Assembly (NCBI GenBank): GCA_050011875.1
Contig: JBEKIG010000012.1
Span: 1 to 64,000 of the forward strand
Direction: 5' to 3'
Length of the DNA stretch: 64,000 nucleotides
Origin: Nitrososphaeria archaeon
GTDB taxonomy: Archaea > Thermoproteota > Nitrososphaeria > JACIWG01
Shown here: piece by piece, positions 1 to 9,012 of the stretch
How positions within the stretch are numbered: position 1 is the first letter of the stretch
How the letters are laid out: each line of letters opens with the position of its first letter
Translations under genes and position numbers: made by a program
Notes under the pieces: generated by a model
Told to the model about the DNA's origin: nothing
Databases searched by the model: none
What the model saw: the letters and a program-made list of their open reading frames with translations, nothing else

Positions 1-148
1 ATATTCTCTATATGTTATAGATACTTACTAATATTCAAAAAAAGACGGATTTCTCTTATTTTACTCCTTGAGTTGGAATTATTCCCAGAACTTTAGTTTC
101 ATACCATTTTCTATGTGTACTGTTCTCCTCTTTGAATTATTCCCTGAA

Positions 149-770
149 CTATCTAATCGTTAGAGGCATCAGCAGCTCTATATATTCCATCTCGTTAAGG
201 TCGATGTTCAAGTATGAGCCCTGAGTAACCATGGTGTAGTTGCCTGGAGGCGGTATAGCAGGGGGAGAACCTGGACCCAGGTCGTTTGGCGAATTGGTTT
301 CAGTGTCCCAGTAGCTGACCTGGTCCCACTCAGCGCCTTCGGATAGGCTTGGAATCGGAGGGCCTGGCGGACCCGTAGCGTAAATATACCAAATTGAATA
401 GATGGCGTGACCATTCGAATTGTAAATCGTCACGTTAAGCTCGCCGAAGTTTGTTATGGAAAGGTGTGAGGTGTTATTAATGTTTGTCATCGTGATAAAG
501 TAGTTGAATGTGTCGCCTGCCTTGAAGAAGGGTGTGGGTGGTTCGATAGAACTGGTTTGTAATATAGTGCTCAACAGTTTCGGTTTCTGTAATCGTTACA
601 TTCGATAAAACGATAGTAGTTGTTGTAAAAGTTGTTGAACTTGTTATAGTAGTTGAAGTTGGGCCTTTTACCAGTTCAAAGGCAGATATGGAACCGAAGA
701 TGACTATAAGAACAGCAAAAGCAGCCAGCAGCAGATTCTGTTTCTTCACAGTTGGCATTGTTAGCCTCAC
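149..770 (-). pseudogene. Frameshifted membrane-anchored surface protein, paralog of 2092..2763
   Basis: ORF 477..770 gives an N-terminal TM segment and Thr-rich linker. ORF 149..574, in another frame, gives a domain aligning with 2092..2763 (PFFKAGDTFNYFITMTNINNTSHLS vs PSFKVGGTFKYFVSMENVNNSSHLS; YATGP; LGPGSPP). Frame switch near 530-545. Confidence 0.65.
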
Positions 771-1294
771 TCGCTGACCAGAAGGTAGAATCCTGCTGCA
801 ACAGGCTGGTCTATCACCTGACCACCCAACCCATATTCTCCTGGAGCGTAGAACACTCCAGCCTTGGGGTTGCTATGGTTCGTGAAGGCTAATGATGTCG
901 TAGGGAAACCGCACCATCCAACGTTCAACCTCTCCGAAGTCCCATCAAGGAATATGATTTTAATGTAGTAGACTCCGCAGCCTGTAATTGAAGTGTTAAG
1001 CGGCATACTGTAGAAGGTAACATTCCTAAACGTGACAGACGAACCCGCTGGTAAGTCCGCTATTCTCTCGTATGCAAAGATGTAGTAGTTTGTGCCATAT
1101 ACGAACTTTATTTCGCTTTCATTGAGCACGTACGGCACCGTTGCGGTGACAGTTATCACAGAGGTTGAAGTCCACATTGCTGTCTTTGACTGCTGAACTT
1201 GGAAAAACTCGTAAGCGGATAGGGAACCTAAGATTATGGTAAGCACTACAAACGTCACCAACAACACGTTCCTTGCCTTTATAGACGACATCAT
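767..1294 (-). CDS. Membrane-anchored secreted hypothetical protein
   Basis: N-terminal TM (VLLVTFVVLTIILGSLSAYEF) shared with neighbours, Thr-rich linker, two Cys, N-glycosylation sequons. Confidence 0.75.
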   Translation of the reverse strand: MMSSIKARNVLLVTFVVLTIILGSLSAYEFFQVQQSKTAMWTSTSVITVTATVPYVLNESEIKFVYGTNYYIFAYERIADLPAGSSVTFRNVTFYSMPLNTSITGCGVYYIKIIFLDGTSERLNVGWCGFPTTSLAFTNHSNPKAGVFYAPGEYGLGGQVIDQPVAAGFYLLVSE

Positions 1295-1307
1295 GATTAC
1301 ACTTGTA

Positions 1308-1922
1308 CTAAGGGGACGGGCCTTCTGAGTACGCTATTGTGGCGTTAATGGCGTTTACCCAGAAGTCGTAATATAAGCCCTCTATGTGATTCGGTGGAGG
1401 CGCCACATTAACGTCTACGAACCAGTAGTACCCGCGAAGCTTGACTGTGGGGTCTGGAGCCTGAAGGGACATGCCCGCTTCAACAGTTAATGTTTCACCA
1501 GTGCTGGCGTTGACGGTGTATATGTTGACCCATCCGTTTTCTTCCTTCAGGTACCTTAGCTGTGTGTAAGTTGGATAGGAAGCCATTTCGGTGGCGTTCC
1601 ATCCTTCGAAATTCATTACGGCTTTCAACGCTTCAGCGGATGAGATTAAGCTAGATACGGTCAGCACTGAAGTGACGGAGACGGTATATGTAGTAGTCAA
1701 AGTTGACGTAGTATTAGTAGTCAAAGTTTCCGTGGTTACGGTAGTCGATGGTGTTAATGTCACCGTAACAGTGGAGGTGGTTATGCTTGGGCTCTTTAGC
1801 TGCTGAATTTGGTAGAACTCTGAGAAGGATAGGGAGCCGAATATTATCGTCAACACTACAAACATCAACAGTAACATTTTTCTTACATTCGTTTCTTTTT
1901 TATTCTTCTGCTGGGTTGTCAT
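1308..1922 (-). CDS. Membrane-anchored Thr-rich protein with a possible PepSY-like C-terminal domain
   Basis: Shared N-terminal TM, long Thr/Ser linker, ISSAEALKA...YYWFVDV...FWVNAINATI pattern reminiscent of PepSY. Confidence 0.75.
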   Translation of the reverse strand: MTTQQKNKKETNVRKMLLLMFVVLTIIFGSLSFSEFYQIQQLKSPSITTSTVTVTLTPSTTVTTETLTTNTTSTLTTTYTVSVTSVLTVSSLISSAEALKAVMNFEGWNATEMASYPTYTQLRYLKEENGWVNIYTVNASTGETLTVEAGMSLQAPDPTVKLRGYYWFVDVNVAPPPNHIEGLYYDFWVNAINATIAYSEGPSP

Positions 1923-1934
1923 GGCAATGAACCT

Positions 1935-2033
1935 TTATCCTCCAGAAAGCACTACTGTACCGTTAACAGCGTCCACCCAGAACGATACTGCCCCATAACT
2001 TGAAGTAACAGATACAAACCAGCTGAATCTGAT
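1935..2033 (-). pseudogene. C-terminal remnant of a paralog of 1308..1922
   Basis: Reads IRFSWFVSVTSSYGAVSFWVDAVNGTVVLSGG*, matching YYWFVDV...DFWVNAINATIAYSEG. No start codon; an in-frame stop lies immediately upstream. Confidence 0.6.
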
Positions 2034-2091
2034 CTAAAGGTGCAGTGATACGATCAAACAATCGGTCGATAAAAGCTCCTATAAGATAGCT

Positions 2092-2763
2092 TTGGTTGCC
2101 CTTATAGTTACAGCTGCAGTTGTTGGAAGCATCATCTACTTTAACCCAGCATTATTCAAAGGTTCAACAAGTCCTCCTAATACAACTTCAACAACAGCAC
2201 AGCTCCATTCAAATACAACTACTACCGCAACACAGTTCTCTCGCACCATTTCTCTCACGACACCGTTCACGACATCGTTCCCCGTTAGCGACAACTTCTC
2301 TCAACAAGCTGGTGGTGTTTTGGTTTCGGTGTGGGTCGAAGAGCGGGGTATTTTACTTAATCTAACCTACACTCCTTCATTTAAGGTTGGCGGCACCTTC
2401 AAATATTTCGTTTCCATGGAAAATGTCAACAACTCCTCACATCTTTCACTACTCGAATACTATGGCATGTTTAACATAACAATTTACAACGAAAAAGGTA
2501 ACGCTGTATACTGGGAGTGGTCTCCTTACGCTACAGGCCCTATAGGTCCTCCGCCACCGAACTTCATCAAGGGTTATAGCTGGGCTCTCAGTTACACGTG
2601 GGATACGGGCACAAACTTGCCAAACCAGCTAGGCCCAGGGAGCCCACCTCCCAAACAAACCCCTGGTAATTATACCATCATTGTTGAAGGTATTTACTAC
2701 AACATTGACCTTAACGAGATTGAACAGGTAGAGCTACAGGCTCCTCTAATAATTGCTGGATAA
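2092..2763 (+). CDS. Membrane-anchored secreted hypothetical protein (beta-rich domain)
   Basis: N-terminal hydrophobic segment, Thr-rich linker, paralogous to 149..574. Start uncertain. Confidence 0.75.
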   Translation: MVALIVTAAVVGSIIYFNPALFKGSTSPPNTTSTTAQLHSNTTTTATQFSRTISLTTPFTTSFPVSDNFSQQAGGVLVSVWVEERGILLNLTYTPSFKVGGTFKYFVSMENVNNSSHLSLLEYYGMFNITIYNEKGNAVYWEWSPYATGPIGPPPPNFIKGYSWALSYTWDTGTNLPNQLGPGSPPPKQTPGNYTIIVEGIYYNIDLNEIEQVELQAPLIIAG

Positions 2764-2938
2764 AAGCAGAGAAGGTATTTGAGACTTAAACCCAATTCGA
2801 TTCAAATCCGCTCGGCCTGTTGTATGTTTTGAAGATGAATGGGTTAAGGGATGCTATTAGCAAAGAATGTCTTTGCTAGATATAATTAAGCCTAGAGAGA
2901 ATATGCTGAAGCAACAAAAGATATTCAGACTCTGCAAA

Positions 2939-3016
2939 TGGTGGGCCGGCCAGGATTTGAACCTGGGACCTACGCCGTGTCAGAGCGTCGTCCTAACCAG
3001 ACTAGACGACCGGCCC
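2939..3016 (-). tRNA. tRNA-Val(GAC), CCA encoded
   Basis: Reverse complement GGGCCGG...ACGCT-CT-GAC-AC-GGCGT...GGTTCAAATCC...CCGGCCC-A-CCA forms a cloverleaf. Confidence 0.95.
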
Positions 3017-3093
3017 ATGCACTCATTCCAACCAAATTAACAAATAAAAATATTTGTGTTAGTCCACATTTATGCCCTATTAAATCTTAGAAA

Positions 3094-3168
3094 TGCGACC
3101 GCCGGGATTTGAACCCGGGTTACCAGCTTGGAGGGCTGATGTCCTAGACCAGGCTGGACGACGATCGC
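3094..3168 (-). tRNA. tRNA-Gly(TCC)
   Basis: Reverse complement GCGATCG...TCAGC-CC-TCC-AA-GCTGG...GGTTCAAATCC...CGGTCGC-A. Confidence 0.95.
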
Positions 3169-3227
3169 ATCTGTCCGTAGTCATGTCTTTCCTTCTACGG
3201 CGGCAACAGTGTTGGCGGACGAATCAC

Positions 3228-3241
3228 TTTAAATATTTTTC
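3228..3241 (-). promoter_or_regulatory. BRE/TATA promoter of tRNA-Gly(TCC)
   Basis: Minus strand GAAAAATATTTAAA about 60 nt upstream of the mature tRNA. Confidence 0.55.
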
Positions 3242-3400
3242 TACGAAATTTTGTGGATATGGCGTCCAAGATTTATCTTCAAACGTGTATGCAACCTTGA
3301 AAAGTATTGGACAAAGCAGAATTAGAGGCTTCACTGAAATACGAATGTCATGGTATTGATATATAATAATTAAATCCTGTTTTAACGTACCTCTTGATTA

Positions 3401-4015
3401 TTGTGTGAAGAATTAATGATAGTGGGAATTGACTTAGCTGGAGTTGAATCGAGGCCGACCGGATTCTGTGTGATGGATCAAAACATGAACGTGAAGACCT
3501 CTCTGCTCTACACAGATGACGAGATCATAAAAGAAACTCTCAAAACAAGGCCTAAAGTTGTAGCTATAGATGCTCCATTGGCTCTGCCAAAGGGAAGGAG
3601 GAGCTTGAAAGTTAAAAGTAATGTCCATTTGAGGGAATGTGACAGGGAGTTGTTAAGGATGAAGATAAAATTCTTCCCAATAACCCTTGGGCCGATGAGA
3701 AAGCTGACTGAAAGGGGGATCAGGTTAAAGAAAATTTTAGAAAAGAAGGGATTGGAGGTTGTGGAAACGTATCCGGGTGCAGCTCAGGACATCCTGAAGA
3801 TTCCCAGAAAGCAGCATGGGCTATCGAAGTTGAAGGCTGGATTGGAAAAGTTTGGAGTCGGGAAATTGAATGATTTGATGAACGGAGATGAATTGGATGC
3901 GGTTACGTGCGCTCTAGTTGGAAAATTTTACTTGGAGAAAAAACATATAGCCATTGGCGATCAAGAAGAGATACTGATGATTCTGCCAAAAATGAATCAT
4001 TCTAATTCAAATTGA
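3401..4015 (+). CDS. DUF429-family predicted nuclease (RNase H fold)
   Basis: IVGIDLAG, VVAIDAPL, LRECDREL, VETYP, ELDAVTCA motifs. Confidence 0.85.
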   Translation: MCEELMIVGIDLAGVESRPTGFCVMDQNMNVKTSLLYTDDEIIKETLKTRPKVVAIDAPLALPKGRRSLKVKSNVHLRECDRELLRMKIKFFPITLGPMRKLTERGIRLKKILEKKGLEVVETYPGAAQDILKIPRKQHGLSKLKAGLEKFGVGKLNDLMNGDELDAVTCALVGKFYLEKKHIAIGDQEEILMILPKMNHSNSN

Positions 4016-4182
4016 TTATGGTTTACCTCCAAGCCTTCTCTTTCTAGACCCATATATTGATTATAAAATCAAAGGTTGTAGAAATTGAAGAAATGGTTTA
4101 ATAATTAAACAGGTAATGAACTGGATAAGATAACTATCAAAAAGAAGTGAATCGAATCAATATTAAAACGTTGATGGTAGAC

Positions 4183-4866
4183 TCAAGAAATATTGAGAAG
4201 TTTTTCTGTTTCATATAAGATCCTTGAAACAACGACATGTGCTTCAAGACCGTATTCGCTGACAGAGAAAACATTATTCATTAATTTAAGATTTTTTTCA
4301 CTAAAGTGTCCCCTTGCAAATCCTCCAACCACAAGGGCCGGTCTCCCATACTTTAAAGCATGCTCAGAAATTTCTTCAAAGCCGCTGTGTTTCCCTATCC
4401 TAGAGAGCCCGATCACCGTTGAAGGCTTTACTTCATTTAATAGTCCCTCCAAAGAGCTCTTTGAGAGTCTTAAAAGTTCCTTGCCCTGATAGCTAATGCT
4501 CTCTTTAACGTAAAGTTGCTCGATTAGTCCGATAAATCTCTCATAAACCTTTGGCAGCCTTACGTTCTTTCCGATCCAGATTACCTTGTCATCTATTGTG
4601 TGAAGGTAAACGTCTAATTGATCCCTAAAATATAGTGGTATCGAAGTTGCTTCAAGAAGGCTGAAATGCGCTATATCCGGTCTGCCACGCTTTTCAGGCT
4701 GACTAAGTTTCAATATCGCTTTATGGTGATAACTCTGGTCCAAGAGGGTCTGTTCTGGGAGCTTCGCTTTCCTCTTACAGAACATTTTTATGATTTTTTC
4801 GTTCATTATTTCTTCAGGTATTATCTCAAGCGAAGATTCGGCTATGATCAGCGTTATTCTTGTCAT
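4183..4866 (-). CDS. nep1: SSU rRNA pseudouridine N1-methyltransferase Nep1/Emg1
   Basis: LDQSYHHKA, RGRPDIAH, RLPKVYERFIGL, VGGFARGHF (SPOUT fold). Confidence 0.92.
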   Translation of the reverse strand: MTRITLIIAESSLEIIPEEIMNEKIIKMFCKRKAKLPEQTLLDQSYHHKAILKLSQPEKRGRPDIAHFSLLEATSIPLYFRDQLDVYLHTIDDKVIWIGKNVRLPKVYERFIGLIEQLYVKESISYQGKELLRLSKSSLEGLLNEVKPSTVIGLSRIGKHSGFEEISEHALKYGRPALVVGGFARGHFSEKNLKLMNNVFSVSEYGLEAHVVVSRILYETEKLLNIS

Positions 4867-4925
4867 GATCGGATCACCTGCTCTTTGTGTGTTACGTTTT
4901 TATTTAACGTTATTGACGGATTTAT

Positions 4926-5234
4926 GTGGAAAAGAAAAGGAGACTGCAAAAGAGAATAGGTGTAGAGCGTGTACAGATTATCTTCTCTAACGCAATGCAC
5001 TATGCGTCTATCGACCCAGAAATAAGTAGAAAGCAGTTAGAGGTCGCTCGAAGGATTCTTCTCAAGTTTAATATACGTATGCCATACCCTGAAAAGCTAT
5101 TCTACTGCCGGAAGTGCAAGTCTCCCATTCTCATAGGTATAGATTCAAAGATAAGGATAGTCAATTCACCAAAATTGCACATCAGAGTTTCCTGTCTGAA
5201 GTGCGGTAACGTCTATAAAAAATTTCTAGATTAA
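4926..5234 (+). CDS. rnp4: RNase P protein component 4 (Rpp21)
   Basis: ERVQII...YCRKCKS...CLKCG Zn ribbon. Confidence 0.88.
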   Translation: MEKKRRLQKRIGVERVQIIFSNAMHYASIDPEISRKQLEVARRILLKFNIRMPYPEKLFYCRKCKSPILIGIDSKIRIVNSPKLHIRVSCLKCGNVYKKFLD

Positions 5235-5491
5235 GGCAACGAAACAATGATGTTTCCTTCTTCATCCTTTTTTACTTTAACCGTGATTCTCCTTGGAGGC
5301 CTCCTGATGCCCTGCGCCCAAATCTGTTCATTGAGCTTGCTGTCTATAACAAAATTTCCGTCCTTGACTACCTTAGAAACTTCTTCCCTTAAAACGGAAA
5401 GAGCCTTCTTTGCCCTTCGGTAGCTGCCTGTTTTGTGCGTCTTCCAAAGGGGGATGACAATCGTCCTTTCTTCGAACTCCTTTTCGGACAA
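5231..5491 (-). CDS. rpl31e: Ribosomal protein eL31
   Basis: ERTIVIPL, RRAKKA, LNEQIWAQGIRRPPRRI. Confidence 0.92.
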   Translation of the reverse strand: MSEKEFEERTIVIPLWKTHKTGSYRRAKKALSVLREEVSKVVKDGNFVIDSKLNEQIWAQGIRRPPRRITVKVKKDEEGNIIVSLP

Positions 5492-5502
5492 AATTTTTCA
5501 CC

Positions 5503-5658
5503 CTAAAGTTTGAGCTTGTTCCTTCTCCAGTGCCTTCTCCTTGGATTTGTTCTAACCCTCATCTTTGTTTTTAGCATAACCCAAGTAGGGACCTTTCGAG
5601 AGTTTCTATTTTCGATCAAGAGTCTTCTTTTCAGACCTTTGCTCTTTATTGCCCCCAT
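5503..5658 (-). CDS. rpl39e: Ribosomal protein eL39 (51 aa, below ORF-track cutoff)
   Basis: MGAIKSKGLKRRLLIENRNSRKVPTWVMLKTKMRVRTNPRRRHWRRNKLKL*; canonical position between PDCD5 and rpl31e. Confidence 0.93.
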   Translation of the reverse strand: MGAIKSKGLKRRLLIENRNSRKVPTWVMLKTKMRVRTNPRRRHWRRNKLKL

Positions 5659-5660
5659 GA

Positions 5661-5948
5661 TCATACCCTCCTTATTTTAAATTCCCTCCTCTCCCTTCCT
5701 GCTATGTTGCTTAATATTTCTTTAACTTCCTCATCATTCAATTGTCTCTTTAATTTTCCAGAATTAACAAGTTGAATTATCTGTTCTTCAACAAAATCGG
5801 CTATTTCAGGTTTCACCATACGAACGTTGTTCAGACGCTGCCTCGCCTCAGAGGTCAGGAAAAGTCTCATTACTTGTTCTCTTAGCTTTTTCTTTTCATC
5901 TTCTCCCTTTGATGGCTGCGCAGCTTCGTATTCGCTCATTTTCCTCAC
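5661..5948 (-). CDS. PDCD5-like dsDNA-binding protein
   Basis: LTSEARQRLNNVRMVKPE motif; canonical rps19e neighbour. Confidence 0.9.
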   Translation of the reverse strand: MRKMSEYEAAQPSKGEDEKKKLREQVMRLFLTSEARQRLNNVRMVKPEIADFVEEQIIQLVNSGKLKRQLNDEEVKEILSNIAGRERREFKIRRV

Positions 5949-6406
5949 TACAAATACTTCTTTAACTCGGGTTGATTCTTAGCAATTTCCACTAGTATCT
6001 CTTTACTCGTTCTGTCGACAACGCTTCTCCCTTTGCCCGTTAGAATTCTTCCTCTTTTCTCTAATTTAGTTACCAGTCCCGCACTTTCTAACTGTTGGAC
6101 GACTTTTCTTACTGCTGCTCCCCCAGAATCCCTATGGTGTTTGAAGGCGTATCCTGTAGTCTTTGCACCACCGTACATGCCTCTTAGGTCCCCTATCCCT
6201 ATAGGTCCGTATAAGTAAATCTTCCTTATGAGAGAAGCTGCTCTCTTGTACCACCAATTCTTGTCCTGAGGCGGCCTTTCTGCATGAGATCCTGTCTTCA
6301 CATAAAATGCCCATTCCGGCGGAGTAACCTGTGCAACATTATTCTTAATATGTTCAACTAACTTGTCTATCAGCAAATCCGCGGGAACTTCATAAGCCGT
6401 TGTCAT
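5948..6406 (-). CDS. rps19e: Ribosomal protein eS19
   Basis: PPEWAFYVKTGSHAERPP...WWYKRAAS. Confidence 0.97.
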   Translation of the reverse strand: MTTAYEVPADLLIDKLVEHIKNNVAQVTPPEWAFYVKTGSHAERPPQDKNWWYKRAASLIRKIYLYGPIGIGDLRGMYGGAKTTGYAFKHHRDSGGAAVRKVVQQLESAGLVTKLEKRGRILTGKGRSVVDRTSKEILVEIAKNQPELKKYL

Positions 6407-6633
6407 ACCTAGTCACTGGGCATTAAAGCCCTTACTTATTTAATATTTAGCTTTTTCATCTGCAAACTATGGATTTTTTTAAAACTTAAAATGTATCAAC
6501 TGCGCATTTTTGGGGATGATTTAATGCAAAAAAAGGATCTAGATACCTTTGACAGAGGGAAGGAAGTAGGTCCAGCAATATTTTATGAGAGCATTAGGTA
6601 TGCGTCACAACGCGGCGCACTAAACACAGAGGG

Positions 6634-7395
6634 ATGCAGGTGAAGCATGGCCAACGACTTGGTCAAAATTTTATAGCCGATCCCTACTATCTAGATAGGA
6701 TTTTATCGGTTGCTGAATTAAACTGTAGCGATATCGTTCTAGAAATAGGCACCGGATATGGGGATTTAACTGAGCGTCTGTGTAAAATTTCAGATAAGGT
6801 CATATCTTACGAAATTGACCGGAGACTTTTTTCTCTGGCGAAGGAAAGGCTCTCATCCTGTACAAGTCTGGTTCTAGTCAACGGAAACGGCTTAAAATGT
6901 GATTACTTTTTCAACAAAATTGTTTCTAATCTTCCATATGCAATTTCTAAGGATTTTATCTATTGGCTTATGGAGAAGGATATTATATCGGCCACTGTTA
7001 TATTGCAAAAAGATTTTGTAGAAAAGCTTCTGGCACAGCCGAAAGCGAAGAATTTTCGAGCGTTATCCGTAATCGCACAGCTTTCCTTTAAGATTTCTGT
7101 ATTTGATGAAGTCCCGCCAGAAGCCTTTAATCCGATTCCAAAGGTTTACTCCAGCATCGTGAAGTTCGAACCTGTGAACCCTCAGGTTATCAATATAAGG
7201 TTAAGAAAACAGATAAATCTGCTCTTCACTTTCAGAGGAAAGAAGGTGAATTCCGTTCTCAAGCGTCTTCTGAAGAAACCATATGATCTTCCAAGGGAAG
7301 TGGATTTGATCAGAGATGAAAGAATAGAGCATCTTCCACCTAAAAGTTTTCTAACCTTAGGAAACTTCTTATTGTCGTCTGTTAAGGCGGACTAG
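6634..7395 (+). CDS. rsmA: 16S rRNA dimethyladenosine transferase KsgA/RsmA
   Basis: LGQNF, VLEIGTGYG, VSNLPY. Confidence 0.92.
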   Translation: MQVKHGQRLGQNFIADPYYLDRILSVAELNCSDIVLEIGTGYGDLTERLCKISDKVISYEIDRRLFSLAKERLSSCTSLVLVNGNGLKCDYFFNKIVSNLPYAISKDFIYWLMEKDIISATVILQKDFVEKLLAQPKAKNFRALSVIAQLSFKISVFDEVPPEAFNPIPKVYSSIVKFEPVNPQVINIRLRKQINLLFTFRGKKVNSVLKRLLKKPYDLPREVDLIRDERIEHLPPKSFLTLGNFLLSSVKAD

Positions 7396-7398
7396 CAC

Positions 7399-7926
7399 AT
7401 GTATAGCCCTTCTGAAGACACCTTTCTCATGATAAGGGGGATCGAAAAGGTTGCATCCTTAGGAACTGTTCTTGAGATAGGGGTTGGTTCTGGAAAGGCT
7501 GCTGAAATTTTAGGTCAAGAAACTAATGTGTACATCGGATGTGATATAGACTTAAGCACCTTAAACCAGATAGCGCATAAGGAACTGCCAAGAACTGACC
7601 TAGTTTGCTGTGATTCAGCTGATTGTTTTATCGATGATCATTTTGATACAATAATATTTAATCCACCTTATCTTCCTTCCGAAGGAATAGTTGATCAGAC
7701 GATAGATGGAGGAAGACATGGTAACGAAGTACTCCTTAAATTCCTTGAATCTTCATTTAAGCTTCTGAAACCAGACGGGTCAATATTTTTCATATCTTCA
7801 TCTTTGGCCGATGTACTTGAAATCAAAGATTTCATCAAAGAAAAAGATTTTGATTGCGAAATCATAATGAAAGAACATTTTATGTTTGAAGATATTTATC
7901 TATTTCGTTGCAGAAGATCATCTTGA
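7399..7926 (+). CDS. HemK2/PrmC-like release-factor glutamine methyltransferase
   Basis: YSPSEDTFL, LEIGVGSG, FNPPY. Confidence 0.88.
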   Translation: MYSPSEDTFLMIRGIEKVASLGTVLEIGVGSGKAAEILGQETNVYIGCDIDLSTLNQIAHKELPRTDLVCCDSADCFIDDHFDTIIFNPPYLPSEGIVDQTIDGGRHGNEVLLKFLESSFKLLKPDGSIFFISSSLADVLEIKDFIKEKDFDCEIIMKEHFMFEDIYLFRCRRSS

Positions 7927-9009
7927 TCTAATTTCTACTACATCCTTGTCGTTTAATATAAAATTTCGTCCAACCCTTATCTCTTTACCAGCACGCCATA
8001 GCTTAGCGTACATAAAGTTCTCTGCAAGTTCTTTATGAATTATTTTAGCTACTTCTATGATATTTGATTCCTTTCCAACAAGTATTGGCCGCTCTGCGAC
8101 TTCTGAGCCATGTCCTTTGGTGTAAATTCGTATCAGGCCTAGTATTTCGAGAACTTGTTCTAGGAAATAATGGTTATTGTATGTGGAGGTAGTAAATGGT
8201 ACGTTCTTGAAATTGGCTTTTATTTCTGTCTCTTGTACGGAATTTCTGCACAGGACAAGAGCTGGCTTACCGATCTGTCCAAACAGCACGGCTTCTATGT
8301 CATCCAGTTTGGTTTCCTCTGATACCTTTATGACTCCATTGACTATTTTATAATCTTGCAAGAACTGTCTTATCTGATCTTCTGTGCAGAACTTTGACTT
8401 GCCAACTATTCTTATTCCACCGGTTCCCGTCTGCTCAATCTCCACTTCCTTCTTTTTCAAGCTTAGAATTATGTTATATTGAGTAAGCCAATTAATCACA
8501 TCAGAGCAATATTGTATATGCTCGCTTTCTGGGAGGACGATTATTAATAGGTCCATGTTATTTAGAAGGTTACCAATTTTCCTCTGTCTTTCTTCACTTA
8601 ATTCTTTATCGAAAGGGCACAGAATTCCTTGCAGAAGCACTGAATCCATTTTTATTGCCCTAATTGTGGGCTTGGTATACGTATCAAATTGGTCAACCAT
8701 CTTCCCTGTAAGTTTGCTAAAGTATTCAATTGATTCTTCAAGTCTTCCAATGACGGCTAGCTGAAGCTCCTCTCCTTTCTTTATGTTCCAAATGTTTACG
8801 ACCTTTCCGTGTTTCTTCTTTCTTCTTTCGATTTCCTCTTCAAGTCCCTTCATCTGCCTTTTAAGCTGCATTTCAAGCCTTTCTGTAGATTTATGTTTTG
8901 GAAATGAGCTATAGAATTGTCTGAGGAGTTCAAGCTTCTCCTTTGGGTCTTTTGTCACCATCGCTTTTGCCCAAAGTGCCTTTGCTCTTGCAGGGAGGTT
9001 GGTTACCAT
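7918..9009 (-). CDS. DRG/OBG-family TGS-domain protein with degenerate G motifs
   Basis: MVTNLPA...PKHKSTERL N-terminus and C-terminal TGS (IRIYTK...VAKIIHKEL...LNDKDVVEI). No GxxxxGKS. Confidence 0.8.
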   Translation of the reverse strand: MVTNLPARAKALWAKAMVTKDPKEKLELLRQFYSSFPKHKSTERLEMQLKRQMKGLEEEIERRKKKHGKVVNIWNIKKGEELQLAVIGRLEESIEYFSKLTGKMVDQFDTYTKPTIRAIKMDSVLLQGILCPFDKELSEERQRKIGNLLNNMDLLIIVLPESEHIQYCSDVINWLTQYNIILSLKKKEVEIEQTGTGGIRIVGKSKFCTEDQIRQFLQDYKIVNGVIKVSEETKLDDIEAVLFGQIGKPALVLCRNSVQETEIKANFKNVPFTTSTYNNHYFLEQVLEILGLIRIYTKGHGSEVAERPILVGKESNIIEVAKIIHKELAENFMYAKLWRAGKEIRVGRNFILNDKDVVEIRSR

Positions 9010-9012
9010 TAT

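Noticed and set aside
2796-2820. GATTCAAATCCGCTCGGCC as a tRNA T-arm remnant or att site
   Set aside because: No stem forms, it is on the opposite strand to tRNA-Val with poor identity, and there is no integrase in the window.
3093-3359. 88-aa ORF MRPPGFEPG
   Set aside because: Antisense shadow of tRNA-Gly.
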